Positions 47,301-56,677 of a stretch of 64,000 nt of DNA are shown here, in pieces (within the stretch, counting starts at the first letter, position 1; the number at the start of each line of letters is the position of its first letter). A model generated the notes under the pieces. The model saw only the letters and a list, made by a program, of their open reading frames with translations, made no database searches and was not told the origin of the DNA. The DNA comes from Escherichia phage vB_EcoM_G5211. Position numbers and translations under genes: made by a program. The stretch lies in sequence record MK327947.1, one strand, 5' to 3'.

Positions 47301-48074
47301 GCTATCGCTTTCTGTAAGATTGACGATTCTGGATCTGTTGAACATTATGCCTTTGCTATGGAACGTGACGGCGATGCGTTAGCATATAGAGACTTCATAG
47401 CAGGTCGTAACCTGTATGCGAAGCAAGGCGGTTTATATATTGTAGACCACTCCAATCCGGCAATGACTCGCTCTCCAGACGGTATGTTGAATATCGGTCA
47501 CGGTGGAAGTGTTAACATCAAAGCAGGTTATCAGAATCTGACTACAGAGATCGCTGGGCAGAAATATCAGATCGTACACGCAGGAAACGCTGACGAAGTT
47601 CTTAACCGTCAGTTTGTTAAGAATGCTGGCGATACAATGGTCGGTAAGCTGATTATGGATAATGCGCCTATTGTTTCTGTTAAGCATGAAGCTAGCGCGG
47701 CAACCGCTCCGGCAATCGGTAACATCGGTTTCTGGAACATGCGAGTAACTACCCAAAACATCAAAGAAACCTATCCAGAGAAGAAAAACGGCACATTGAT
47801 GCAATGGGGTACTGATGAAAACGGCCTTACCCAAATCTGGTCACCTGATGGTACTCATAAGCATTATATCCGTTCCGGTACAGATGGTCAATGGACCGCA
47901 TGGGGCGAAATTTACACCAAACAGAACAAGCCTACCGCTCAGGAAATCGGGGCAGTGGTTGCCGAAGGTGGTTTGATGAACTCTATGACGGTTCGTGACT
48001 GGATCAAGGTTGGTAATGTTAAAATTATTGCCAATAATCTGACTCGTACCGTAGATTTTATCTGGGAAGACTAA
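44334..48074 (+). CDS. 34: gp34 long tail fiber proximal subunit
   Basis: Colinear with T4 gp34 (N-terminal RGY/NVALAD, repeated ATxExRRGIAxIATQxE motifs, C-terminal WIKVGNVKI). Confidence 0.9.
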   Translation: MADFSQHFKATFGFDAGNEKVVNVALADKNVNTDAVNVEFFNYHNGITQYDATRGYDQYGTTIYQNRPYYAKEDITKPAGDFDPTKWQALRTDPRWDYVAATSGDTPLKSGDYIAADCQFANLTFSMPTNPVEGDNITVKDIGGKCGVNELSFLSVGHEFYHNGVVNNRKWYCTTPYAMNYFIFVRNRWHVYQTGTEPRGVYAQPSIDPIQMQNGDQVFRRSSLGNIVLMLPKFANNGDMIQTTDLDGLTATNHVTVKVHEGAQEQSIGTFGVKEIVGKRSGHGVFIFDKPENLWRLWDGDQSVRLNPIISDTRLSPNSYVAVFGDRDVTLTLPTSVEHGDRIQISMQYMHGNQNCRIVTAEEDTKILMQKNMVQFPKRSEYPFNGTDTWKEVSELSFNAANDYVPYLEFSYSEGDDGKKHWLVAHAHPIVERVDPTRKERVGVIALATQDETNKNHEDNPSDEVAVTPKMLANKTANETRRGIARIATQEETHQHTGANFLDDVIVTPKKLNACVASEEHRGVLEIATQEETNVGLDDTRAITPKKLEERRASEDLAGIAEIVQMGGSAAARRGEAGTGVYNINDHAKIVTPQNINEVKATETSRGVGYLATDAEVQGATEATPQDAMLITTRTLTKRTATESRTGIAEIATQEETNLGQSDNHIITPKKLHTRRATETLHGLAEIATQPEFDAGRDDARISTPLKIKTFFEKAQRLRVDPNQGLNLTGDLWQGITISGLDATEDTKGVAKVATSQLTDVGEDDATIITPKKLQGKKATEDKEGIIRVGTQAETVAGALDNVAISPKNFKYVVQTEDTWKATEARRGFLKVATQENCFVGDNLQGSTQELDEYQHDGIAVTPKGLNYALANFLPKMATAQNSLKLGNVEAAKWARRDIDQTIESNYTFNKNVNVKGDLECLKSGSFETLFVTKNSTDDPSNGHLVLGERGVDGHTGITLHGTTLSEGMENSWSIIVGGTGTAQAVNSDAIAFCKIDDSGSVEHYAFAMERDGDALAYRDFIAGRNLYAKQGGLYIVDHSNPAMTRSPDGMLNIGHGGSVNIKAGYQNLTTEIAGQKYQIVHAGNADEVLNRQFVKNAGDTMVGKLIMDNAPIVSVKHEASAATAPAIGNIGFWNMRVTTQNIKETYPEKKNGTLMQWGTDENGLTQIWSPDGTHKHYIRSGTDGQWTAWGEIYTKQNKPTAQEIGAVVAEGGLMNSMTVRDWIKVGNVKIIANNLTRTVDFIWED

Positions 48075-48080
48075 TTAAAA

Positions 48081-48098
48081 GGGGGGCGAAAGCCCCCT
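48081..48098 (+). terminator. hairpin after gene 34 (weak U-tract)
   Basis: GGGGGGCGAAAGCCCCC. Confidence 0.35.
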
Positions 48099-48109
48099 AT
48101 GGGGTTATT

Positions 48110-49249
48110 ATGACACAAGAAATAGAATTACGCAATACTGGAATTAAGTTTGCGCATTTCGACGAAGACTCCGCGACATTTACAAGCATTTCAGAAAACA
48201 ACTCTGTGATGTATAAGCTGGAAGTGCGCGGATCTAATGCGGATTCTTCCAAACCAGCAAGGATTAGATTTAATGGAGTGGAGATCGTCGGGACTGGCTA
48301 TGAGACTGGCCTAAACTTTAAAGTTTTTACTCCAACTGGACAATTGCACGAAGAAAAGGTATTCTATGGTCGTGGTGCTGTATTGGCAATGCGTGATTAT
48401 CTTTATTTGCTGAAAGGCGACTATATCATTGCGATGGCAACGCATGGAGAATTGTTTGCAGATCCGATAAGTGATGATATATTTTCTAAGCTGGGATCTG
48501 TATCATTCCCGAATCACATTTTGTTACAGCAAATGCCTCGTGTGTCATATGCTGCAATTTATTCTACTAAAATGGGTAAAATTGTGTGCGAAGGGATGCA
48601 AGCAACGCACGGAGAAGGTCAAGATTCGTCTATACAAATTGAGAAGGTTTATGATACTATAGATGATCTTGCGGTCACAGGAACACCACAACGATTTTTA
48701 GATTATCCGGTTGAGTATGTTAGCGAAGATGCCGAACATTTCGAGCTAATACAATGGCCTCATGATGAGATCAGCGCACCACTTGAATATTTTAACATAA
48801 AGGCAGGTGACAAACTATCAATATCCTTTGAATTGTTCCGTGATAGTGCCGCAGCCGCAGCCAACGTAACAGCGCGTTTCTATCACAACTACTTCACTGA
48901 TGGACAATATCAAACTGGCGTTCGTTATAATGCCAGCCAGAAAGATCAATGGGAAAAGTTTGAAGCCGTCTATACCGTACCGGAAGGAGTTGATAGTGTA
49001 GTAACTGGTTGTATCAGATATCCAACCAACTCCAATGAAGGTGTTGTTAAGGTTAGAAACATACTAATAACGCCGATCAGTGGAGTCGTCAAAACTACTG
49101 GTCCTACTTCATTTGGTGTTAATGGTGTTAGAACAACTCATATTCAGGATAACGGTGATTTTACTAACCCTGTAATGAGTCTTCTTAAACTGCCTAGAGA
49201 TAATAAACACATCACATCCAACAACTTTAAAGAGTTCGATGTTGATTAA
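48110..49249 (+). CDS. 35: gp35 long tail fiber hinge
   Basis: Size and position between 34 and 36. Confidence 0.7.
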   Translation: MTQEIELRNTGIKFAHFDEDSATFTSISENNSVMYKLEVRGSNADSSKPARIRFNGVEIVGTGYETGLNFKVFTPTGQLHEEKVFYGRGAVLAMRDYLYLLKGDYIIAMATHGELFADPISDDIFSKLGSVSFPNHILLQQMPRVSYAAIYSTKMGKIVCEGMQATHGEGQDSSIQIEKVYDTIDDLAVTGTPQRFLDYPVEYVSEDAEHFELIQWPHDEISAPLEYFNIKAGDKLSISFELFRDSAAAAANVTARFYHNYFTDGQYQTGVRYNASQKDQWEKFEAVYTVPEGVDSVVTGCIRYPTNSNEGVVKVRNILITPISGVVKTTGPTSFGVNGVRTTHIQDNGDFTNPVMSLLKLPRDNKHITSNNFKEFDVD

Positions 49250-49260
49250 CATTTTTAACA

Positions 49261-49283
49261 AGCCGATCCATGTGGTCGGCTTT
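49261..49283 (+). terminator. hairpin + T-run after gene 35
   Basis: AAGCCGATCCATGTGGTCGGCTT + TATTTTT. Confidence 0.6.
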
Positions 49284-49410
49284 ATTTTTATACAGTTGGT
49301 TAAAACATAACCAAAACGAAGAAAGATCTTTAGAATAATAGAAAATTTGTTTCGGCTAAAAAATAGTCAGTGCCTACGGCACGTCGCGAAGCGATATTTT
49401 GTTAACATTC

Positions 49411-49418
49411 TATAAATA
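49411..49418 (+). promoter_or_regulatory. late promoter TATAAATA for genes 36-37
   Basis: exact TATAAATA 34 nt upstream of gene 36 ATG. Confidence 0.6.
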
Positions 49419-49451
49419 CTCGGAACTATAACTAATTTTTGAGGTTACTTT

Positions 49452-50942
49452 ATGGCAGATTTGAAACATGGATCTACTGTAGGCGGATCTCCCATTTGGA
49501 CGCAAGGAAACTTGACGATCCAGCCAGCGGGTGATCAGCTTTTCTACAAAGGTCATAAAATCTATACCGCTTTTGATAAACCTTCGGCTGCCGATTTTGA
49601 TGCTGTTAGTGCATCCGAAGGGGGTACATTTCAGAAACTGGTCCATTTTGAGGAAGGTTTAAGCGTAGGTAGCGCATCCGGTGGAGAAACCAAAAAGAAC
49701 GGGATCTTTAAAGGCAATAGTGATGCGGCTAACTTTGACGGTGTAAGTTGGGGTTTGCATTCGTGGAAATCTATTGGTTTTGTTAATGCTCGTGATGATG
49801 TTATCATGGCTTATATTGACACTACCACAGGTGATTTTAAAACTAAAGGGACCATCGAAGGGACAACCATTAAAGACACAGGTCAACGCGTCTATAGCCC
49901 TGTTAATAAACCAACGAATAATGATTTAGATTTGGTGTCTCGTCGCGGTGATACCCTCACAGGAACATATAATTTAAACACTGTCACTGTTAAACTATCG
50001 GTTGATTCGAAATTAATTGCAAGGGAACGTGATTTAATTAATTTTGATGCGACTAAGATCTATTATGGTAACGTTCTTGATACGTTGGTCTTCCGAAGTA
50101 AAGATGAGCCTACCATTTTTGTTAATGGCAGAGAAGGTCGTTTTTATCACACCAACAATAAACCAACTAAAGCCGATGTTGGGCTAGGCAATGTCACCAA
50201 TGATGCACAGGTTAAACGTGCTGGTGATATTATGGAAGGTAACTTGCAAGCGCCTAGAATGTTGGCGACAAACGATCCGGCTGGTCCTAATGAATTGGTT
50301 CGTTTGAGCTACTTTGAGAAAAAATCAATGGTAGCAAATCCAACCATCATAGGAAACGTTGATTGGAACACTCTTATTAATCGCGGTATCTATCGTGTGG
50401 AAAATGCTGGGTCAGGTACTAATAAACCGTCTGATAGCTATTATAACGGCGTTTTGATGGTATATCGCCCAGAAGATGCGGTCGGTACTCGTCGAATTGT
50501 TCAGGTATACTATCCTGAATCTATTGATCATCCGATGTGCTGGCGTTCTTGTTCTAATGAATCATGGACTGCATGGAACTATGTAGATCACCGTAAATTG
50601 GCTGATATTCGCTATGTTAACGTCACTGGCGATACCATGACAGGACCGTTAACTGTTCCGGCGGCAAATGGCGTTCATACCGCAGAAGCTAACTATAATG
50701 GTGATAATTGCTACGCTGGACTTAATAGCTTAAATGGCACAGCAATGATTCATCGTGTTAGTGATATTAAAGCGCACGAGAAACTAGGCATCACACATGA
50801 TTCTAAAATTATTTTCGTTAAATCACGCAACAATACTCAGGACACCGATACATTTGAATTATACCACGAAGGACACAAACCAACTCCTGATGATGTTGGC
50901 GCTGTTCCGCTTAATGCGGTAATTGATTTTGGTACTTTCTAA
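49452..50942 (+). CDS. 36: gp36 long tail fiber distal connector (enlarged, 496 aa)
   Basis: N-terminus MADLKxGSTxGGSxIWxQGN as in T4 gp36. Confidence 0.8.
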   Translation: MADLKHGSTVGGSPIWTQGNLTIQPAGDQLFYKGHKIYTAFDKPSAADFDAVSASEGGTFQKLVHFEEGLSVGSASGGETKKNGIFKGNSDAANFDGVSWGLHSWKSIGFVNARDDVIMAYIDTTTGDFKTKGTIEGTTIKDTGQRVYSPVNKPTNNDLDLVSRRGDTLTGTYNLNTVTVKLSVDSKLIARERDLINFDATKIYYGNVLDTLVFRSKDEPTIFVNGREGRFYHTNNKPTKADVGLGNVTNDAQVKRAGDIMEGNLQAPRMLATNDPAGPNELVRLSYFEKKSMVANPTIIGNVDWNTLINRGIYRVENAGSGTNKPSDSYYNGVLMVYRPEDAVGTRRIVQVYYPESIDHPMCWRSCSNESWTAWNYVDHRKLADIRYVNVTGDTMTGPLTVPAANGVHTAEANYNGDNCYAGLNSLNGTAMIHRVSDIKAHEKLGITHDSKIIFVKSRNNTQDTDTFELYHEGHKPTPDDVGAVPLNAVIDFGTF

Positions 50943-50946
50943 TTCT

Positions 50947-50965
50947 AGCGGGGATTATCCCCGCT
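50947..50965 (+). terminator. hairpin + T-run after gene 36
   Basis: AGCGGGGATTATCCCCGCT + TTTCT. Confidence 0.5.
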
Positions 50966-51009
50966 TTTCTAAATAATATTATTCTAACAACCGTTAAGGA
51001 TTTTATAAA

Positions 51010-53790
51010 ATGGCAGATTTACAGAGAATCCAATTTAAAAGAACAAGTACGGCAGGTCGCAAGCCGGATGCGAATATTCTAACTCCGGGTGAACTTGCTA
51101 TTAACCTAGCGGATCGAGAACTATATACAAAAGATGACAGCAATAATGTAATTACTTTGGGACACTTTCGCGGTGAGTTGCCATCTGATGCAAATTTAGA
51201 TAATTATGGACCTACTGGTAAATTTACTGGCGTTTGGTCTAAATCAACTTCAACAAATGCGCAGCCAGCAAATAAATTCCCAGAAGAGAATGCTGTAGGT
51301 GTATTAGAAGTATTTGTGGCTGGTCAATTTGCTGGCACTCAGCGTTATACTGTTCGGTCTGGTAACGTTTATATCCGTTCTTTGTCTGCGAAATGGAATG
51401 GCGTAGATGGTCCATGGGGTCCGTGGCGCAATATTCAAACTGGCACACGTCCACTATCAACTACACTAGACTTGAATACTTTAGGTGATGCTTCTCATTT
51501 TGGGTTATGGCGAAATAGTTCAAGTTCCATTGCATCATTTTCTCGAAATTACCCAGAAGAAGGTGGTCTCGCGCAAGGTCTTTTAGAAATTTATGAAGGT
51601 GGTAACTATTCTCGCACGCAACGTTATACTACCCGAATGGGTGTTGTATATGTTCGTTGTCTTGCTGGTGCATGGGATCCAGAAGCTCCGAATTGGGGAC
51701 CGTGGCAACAAGTAGGTATGGTTACTCCCAACACATTCTATGACGGGGATCTTAATAATTTTCGTTCTCCTGGCTTATATAATATTTTAGGCACTGATGC
51801 CGTTATTAACCGTCCAGTTGCAGAAGGTGTTCCGGTTGAGATGACCGGATTGCTTGAGGTTAAACAGCGTGCTTCCGGTGGCGCTATTTTCCAACGTTTC
51901 ACTACCGCAGGAACGGGATCTACTACCCGTGGTCGTGTTTTTGAACGTGCAATGACAAATAATATCTGGGGAAATTGGCATGAAGTATATACATCTTATT
52001 CTCTGCCAATTACTTTGGGTATGGGTGGTATTAAAACTCAATTAGCGGAGCTAGATTGGCAAACATTTGATTTTGTTCCTGGTAGTATGTTTAGCGTTCC
52101 TTTGAACAAAATAAAGAACATGCCAGCAAATATGGATTGGGGTGCGATTGACGGAAACTTGGTTATGTTTTCTGTCGGTCCTAGCGAACACACTAGCACA
52201 GGGCGTACTGTTCAGGTTTGGCGTGGTACTGTATCCCAGACAAACTACCGTTATTTTGTCGTTCGTGTGTTCGGTAATTCTGGAAATAGAACTTGTACAG
52301 TTCGCCGTGTTGTTCTTGAAGACGGATCACATACTTGGACTGCTAAACAAGATTTTAATGGTGCTGTCAACTTTGGTGGTTCGACAACTTTTAAGTCCAC
52401 TACAACTTTTAACACAGAAGTTAAATTCCGTTCATCCAATGCATTTAAAATGTATGGCGGTAATTTTGGCACAATTTTCCGTAATGATGGTGAAAGTCTT
52501 TATATTCTTTCCACCGACGAAAATGATCAAGATGGAAACTTTAATACAAATAGACCTTTCCGCTATCAATTAAAAACTGGCGATGTTACTTTGGGTGGCA
52601 CTAGCGGTGCTAACGCTTTAGTATTAAAAGGCGGTTCTCTTGCTGCTACCTTTAGCGGTGATGTTAATTTAAGTAAAGGTACGCTGACGTTTGAAGCGGG
52701 TGGTAAGCAATCACGCGATTATTTCCGGTTTAATCATTGGGGTGATAGCAATAACGCTCGTGATAACATTATTCAGTTAGAAGATAGTAAAGGCGCTCAT
52801 TTTTCCACTGAACGTACTTTAGCGACTGGTGCAATTAAAACTAAATTCTTTGGTGAAGTTGAATCAACTGGTCGATTGACTATTAAACGTCCGGGTGGTG
52901 CTATTGTATTATCGACTACAGCCAGCAACGCTTTGCATATTCGCGGTGACGTAGACGGGAATGGTAACTGGTATATTGGTAAAGGTGGTGCTGATAATTC
53001 GCTAGCATTTTATAGCTATGCTACTCAGGCGGCAGTACATATAACAAACAATGGTGAGATTGCGTTAAACCCGCAAAATACCTTAATGGTTAACGTTAAC
53101 CGCGATCGTATGTATATCAATGGTGCAAGTTGGGTTGCCAGACAACCAGGTGATTGGGGCAACCAATGGCGAGTAGAAGCTCCATTATTCGTTGATCATG
53201 GTTATGTTGGTCAAGATAGTTATTATCCTATTCTTAAAGCAAGAAGCGTTATAACCAATCAAGGATATAGCACCGCTGTTGACTTTGGTATGCGTCGTAT
53301 TCCATCACAGTGGGGGCAAGCAATCATTCGTGTCGGATCCACGGAGGCTTCTCCTGATGCTGGACACCCACAAGCTGTGTTTGAATTCCATCATGATGGG
53401 TTCTTTTATACACCAGGAAATGGTAGCTTTAGCGATGTGTATATTCGTTCTGACTCCCGTCTTAAGATTAATAAAGAAGAGTTAGAAAACGGAGCACTTG
53501 AAAAAGTATGCCGTCTGAAAGTTTATACTTACGATAAAGTTAAGTCTATTAAAGATCGTAGTGTGATTAAACGTGAAGCTGGTATTATTGCTCAGGATCT
53601 TGAAAAAGAATTGCCGGAAGCTGTATCTAAAGTTGAAGTTGATGGATCTGATGTTCTGACAATTTCTAACTCGGCAGTGAATGCTCTTTTAATTAAGGCT
53701 ATTCAGGAAATGAGTGAAGAAATTAAAGAATTGAAAACTCCTTTCTTTACTAAAATTGCTCGCAAAATTAGTAAATATTTTAAATTCTAA
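51010..53790 (+). CDS. 37: gp37 long tail fiber distal subunit with C-terminal intramolecular chaperone domain
   Basis: N-terminus MADLQRIQFKR..GELAINL..TKDDS like T4 gp37; C-terminal ~113 aa carries SDxRLK ... AGIIAQDLEKELPEAV (peptidase S74-type chaperone signature). Confidence 0.85.
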   Translation: MADLQRIQFKRTSTAGRKPDANILTPGELAINLADRELYTKDDSNNVITLGHFRGELPSDANLDNYGPTGKFTGVWSKSTSTNAQPANKFPEENAVGVLEVFVAGQFAGTQRYTVRSGNVYIRSLSAKWNGVDGPWGPWRNIQTGTRPLSTTLDLNTLGDASHFGLWRNSSSSIASFSRNYPEEGGLAQGLLEIYEGGNYSRTQRYTTRMGVVYVRCLAGAWDPEAPNWGPWQQVGMVTPNTFYDGDLNNFRSPGLYNILGTDAVINRPVAEGVPVEMTGLLEVKQRASGGAIFQRFTTAGTGSTTRGRVFERAMTNNIWGNWHEVYTSYSLPITLGMGGIKTQLAELDWQTFDFVPGSMFSVPLNKIKNMPANMDWGAIDGNLVMFSVGPSEHTSTGRTVQVWRGTVSQTNYRYFVVRVFGNSGNRTCTVRRVVLEDGSHTWTAKQDFNGAVNFGGSTTFKSTTTFNTEVKFRSSNAFKMYGGNFGTIFRNDGESLYILSTDENDQDGNFNTNRPFRYQLKTGDVTLGGTSGANALVLKGGSLAATFSGDVNLSKGTLTFEAGGKQSRDYFRFNHWGDSNNARDNIIQLEDSKGAHFSTERTLATGAIKTKFFGEVESTGRLTIKRPGGAIVLSTTASNALHIRGDVDGNGNWYIGKGGADNSLAFYSYATQAAVHITNNGEIALNPQNTLMVNVNRDRMYINGASWVARQPGDWGNQWRVEAPLFVDHGYVGQDSYYPILKARSVITNQGYSTAVDFGMRRIPSQWGQAIIRVGSTEASPDAGHPQAVFEFHHDGFFYTPGNGSFSDVYIRSDSRLKINKEELENGALEKVCRLKVYTYDKVKSIKDRSVIKREAGIIAQDLEKELPEAVSKVEVDGSDVLTISNSAVNALLIKAIQEMSEEIKELKTPFFTKIARKISKYFKF

Positions 53791-53794
53791 CAAC

Positions 53795-53813
53795 AAGGGG
53801 GCGTTGCCCCCTT
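53795..53813 (+). terminator. hairpin after gene 37
   Basis: AAGGGGGCGTTGCCCCCTT. Confidence 0.5.
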
Positions 53814-53826
53814 TGGAGTATAAATT

Positions 53827-53940
53827 ATGGCAGTAGTTGGTGTTCCTGGTTGGATTGGAAGTTCAGCCGCAAATGAAACAGGACAACGATGGATGAGTCA
53901 AGCGGCTGGTCAATTAAGATTGGTGTTCCTTGCTGGATGA
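53827..53940 (+). other. 38: out-of-frame N-terminal coding segment of gp38 (apparent -1 frameshift)
   Basis: GGAG RBS then ATG 53827 encoding [32 protein letters not shown], ending at TGA 53938; downstream gp38 body is in the -1 frame. Confidence 0.6.
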
Positions 53941-54626
53941 GTCAATTTGCAGGTCGCTCGCGAGAAATTATTCATACTGTAGGAGCAAACCACAATTTTA
54001 ATGGTCAGTGGTTCCGTGATAGATGCTTTGAAGCTGGCGGTGCACCTATTGTATTCAATATTGTTGGTGATATCGTTTCTTATTCTAAAGATGTACCGCT
54101 TTTCTTTATGTATGGTGACACTCCTAACGAATACGTTGTCCTTAATATTCATGGTGGTGTCCATATGTGGGGTCGAGGTGGTAATGGTGGATACACTCAC
54201 TCAGGTGGAGATGGTAACGGTACACAAGGCGGTCATGTTATTCAAAATGATATCGGTGGACGGCTTCGTATTTGGAACTACGGTGTTATAGCTGCTGGCG
54301 GTGGTGGCGGTGGTGGTATTGCATATCGTCCACACTCAGGGGCAAACTGGCAAGATATCGGTGGCGGTGGCGGTCGACCTTTCGGTGGTGCTGGCGGTGG
54401 CGGTTATTCCGGTGGTGCTGCTTCTTATGAAGGTCCGGGTGGTGGTTACAACTATGGTAACGCACACTCCGGCGCGGGTGGTAATGCTGGCGCTGCTGGT
54501 CAGAATGCATGGTCTGATGGCGGTAAAGTTCTTAAAGTTGGTGTTGGTGGTGCTTCTGGTCATGCCGTGTTTGGATCTTCTCCAACTTGGGGCGCTGTAG
54601 GGACAATTTATGGACCTTACATTTAA
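53889..54626 (+). CDS. 38: gp38 receptor-binding adhesin, T2-type (glycine-rich motifs); N-terminus as drawn is probably not native
   Basis: Multiple poly-Gly tracts ([21 protein letters not shown]) separated by variable segments; conserved [13 protein letters not shown]...[15 protein letters not shown] attachment region. Confidence 0.75.
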   Translation: MDESSGWSIKIGVPCWMSQFAGRSREIIHTVGANHNFNGQWFRDRCFEAGGAPIVFNIVGDIVSYSKDVPLFFMYGDTPNEYVVLNIHGGVHMWGRGGNGGYTHSGGDGNGTQGGHVIQNDIGGRLRIWNYGVIAAGGGGGGGIAYRPHSGANWQDIGGGGGRPFGGAGGGGYSGGAASYEGPGGGYNYGNAHSGAGGNAGAAGQNAWSDGGKVLKVGVGGASGHAVFGSSPTWGAVGTIYGPYI

Positions 54627-54685
54627 CCGTTAAAAAAGAATTAAGGAAAAATCCCAGGGAAGGGAACTACTAAGGAGAAACGGCT

Positions 54686-54925
54686 ATGGTCTATAATATC
54701 GTCATTGGTGCTTTGTCTAATTTCGGAATGAAATTATTGTCAAAGTTAATTAGTGAAAAGATGCTCACTAAAATTTTCTTCTATTGCGCTCGTCGTCTTG
54801 CGGCTTATACCAATACGCCAATTGATGATCGTTTTGTGGAAGAACTTTATAAGGAGTTTAATAAAGATCAGTCAGAAGATAGTAACGAGCAAGATAAACC
54901 TAGTGATAGTCAACTACCTAAATAA
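54686..54925 (+). CDS. hypothetical protein
   Basis: AAGGAGA RBS; 79 aa. Confidence 0.5.
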   Translation: MVYNIVIGALSNFGMKLLSKLISEKMLTKIFFYCARRLAAYTNTPIDDRFVEELYKEFNKDQSEDSNEQDKPSDSQLPK

Positions 54926-54958
54926 GAGTACACTGTCATAGTTATCTTAGGGCATTAT

Positions 54959-55615
54959 ATGCAAGTTTCTGAAAAAGGGAAAGACTTTGCTATCTCAAAT
55001 GTCCTGCGCGCTATTTTCACAACTAAAAGCACGGAGTTGCTCGTACTTCGTGTTTTTGCTGCCGTCGTGTTGTCCATATTAGCATTTGTCGTTTATAGTA
55101 AAAACGAGTTATTTGCGCTTTATAAAGAGACTCGTTATGAGACTTATGCTCACATTCTCCAGGTAGAGAAAGACCGCAATTTTGATAATGCAGCACAGGA
55201 GCAGTTACAGATAGTTCATGTGTCGGCTGATGCCGATTTTTCTGCTGTTTTTAGTTTTCGTCCGAAAAACCTAAACTATTTTGTTGATTTGGTGGCATAT
55301 GAAGGAAAGTTACCGCATACAATCGATGAAAAAAATTTAGGCGGATTCCCTATCAATAAAACGAGTGAAGAATATCGTAGGCATCTTTTAGGTAAATCAT
55401 ATTTTACCGATAAAGATTTCCAGTATATTCCATCAAGAGAAAAGAAATTAGAGAATATCGATATAGGGTTTATGTATTCTTGCCCTATATTCAATCTCGA
55501 TAATGTCTATTCTGGTAGTATCGCCATTGCATGGAAGAATAAACCGGATATTGACATTGAGAATTTAGATACTCTTTGCAATCAATCTGCCAGAATCCTC
55601 GGAAGGATTAGATAA
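54959..55615 (+). CDS. t: holin T
   Basis: Colinear with T4 holin T (single N-terminal TM, LQIVHxSADADFSAVxSFRPKNLNYFVDxxAYEGKLP, MYSCPxFNLDN, ARILGR). Confidence 0.9.
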   Translation: MQVSEKGKDFAISNVLRAIFTTKSTELLVLRVFAAVVLSILAFVVYSKNELFALYKETRYETYAHILQVEKDRNFDNAAQEQLQIVHVSADADFSAVFSFRPKNLNYFVDLVAYEGKLPHTIDEKNLGGFPINKTSEEYRRHLLGKSYFTDKDFQYIPSREKKLENIDIGFMYSCPIFNLDNVYSGSIAIAWKNKPDIDIENLDTLCNQSARILGRIR

Positions 55616-55620
55616 CTTAA

Positions 55621-55644
55621 AGGGGAAGCCTTTCGGCCTCCCCT
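55621..55644. terminator. bidirectional hairpin after t
   Basis: AGGGGAAGCCTTTCGGCCTCCCCT + CTTTTTATT. Confidence 0.55.
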
Positions 55645-55649
55645 TCTTT

Positions 55650-55898
55650 TTATTGGCGCATAGAAGCCCCTGAATCACATTTTGACGCTGTATGATGAAA
55701 ACAGGTAGCGTACCAGTCATCGGCTTGTTTGTCTTCGTCAGAAAACGCGTAATTGCGTTGTATGCCGTTTTCTACTTTGACCAGTGCAATAGCTGTTTCT
55801 GGAAGATCAATCAATCGGACAAAATCACCATCTTCCCACTCTACACGAGCAATATCATAGCCCATCTCAACGTATACAATCGCTTGTTCTAATTTCAT
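55650..55898 (-). CDS. hypothetical protein
   Basis: ATG overlaps upstream stop (ATGA). Confidence 0.45.
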   Translation of the reverse strand: MKLEQAIVYVEMGYDIARVEWEDGDFVRLIDLPETAIALVKVENGIQRNYAFSDEDKQADDWYATCFHHTASKCDSGASMRQ

Positions 55899-56218
55899 TC
55901 TGGAAACTTCCCGTAAACATTCTCTGCCAGCTTACGTGCATCTTTTACAATATCTTTCATGTAATGACTATAATTTTTAGCTAGATCAATGATACAATCA
56001 ACAAAGAAGTAATAGCGTCGCAGTGCTACCAGCCCAACATCTTCAAGATGACCATTTTCTCCAATCGCTGAAATGTGTTTAAATTCCTTTCGGATCGCGT
56101 CCATCGCTACATTAACTTCTTTTATAATATCTTTAGTATTATATGCACCTCGACTAATCAAAATTTTGGTTAGGTCTTCTGCTTTTTCGTGAAAGTTGTC
56201 AATTTCAAACTCGATCAT
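55895..56218 (-). CDS. hypothetical protein, tandem paralog A
   Basis: Similar to 56333..56665 (shared ...ENVYGKF / ...ENIFGKF C-termini); GAGGTGA RBS. Confidence 0.5.
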   Translation of the reverse strand: MIEFEIDNFHEKAEDLTKILISRGAYNTKDIIKEVNVAMDAIRKEFKHISAIGENGHLEDVGLVALRRYYFFVDCIIDLAKNYSHYMKDIVKDARKLAENVYGKFPE

Positions 56219-56332
56219 AATCACCTCTCATAATTTCACGCTGTTGTTTCAACATTTTTTCGTGGTTTGCTAATTCTATACCTTGTAATAGCATAACCAG
56301 TGCAATTTTCAATGATTCATCATCTTTCATAA

Positions 56333-56665
56333 TCAAAATTTACCGAAAATATTCTCTGTCATAATTCTTGCTTCGTCGATTATTTTCGTCATGTTCATGG
56401 TGTAGTTATGATCATTTAGTGCCTTAATGACAACGAGCAAGGAATCTAAAAACACTCGATACCGTGTATATTCTACGCTATTTGTGAATACCGATGTTTT
56501 CTCTACTTTATCGATCAGATAGCCTAAAACCGATAGCGCCTCGTTGACTTCCCTTGTTACTTTATCGGCGCTAAACAGCACCGGATAAAGACGCGGTGTG
56601 ATTAACCGCGCTGCCTCTTTCAATTCGGTCGCTTTCCATGATTCATATTTGTCATAGTTAAACAT
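56333..56665 (-). CDS. hypothetical protein, tandem paralog B
   Basis: Paralog of 55895..56218. Confidence 0.5.
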   Translation of the reverse strand: MFNYDKYESWKATELKEAARLITPRLYPVLFSADKVTREVNEALSVLGYLIDKVEKTSVFTNSVEYTRYRVFLDSLLVVIKALNDHNYTMNMTKIIDEARIMTENIFGKF

Positions 56666-56677
56666 TGTATAATCTCC

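Noticed and set aside
44784-47834. Several 70-130 aa ORFs in alternative frames within gene 34
   Set aside because: Embedded in a well-supported 1246-aa tail fiber gene; no start signals.
53814-53834. TATAAATT overlapping the gp38 start as a late promoter
   Set aside because: Overlaps the ATG, leaving no room for a leader and RBS; imperfect match to TATAAATA.
54286-54600. Repetitive GGT/GGC tracts and overlapping alternative-frame ORFs in gp38
   Set aside because: Low-complexity glycine codon repeats of the adhesin, not CRISPR repeats or separate genes; no spacer-repeat periodicity.
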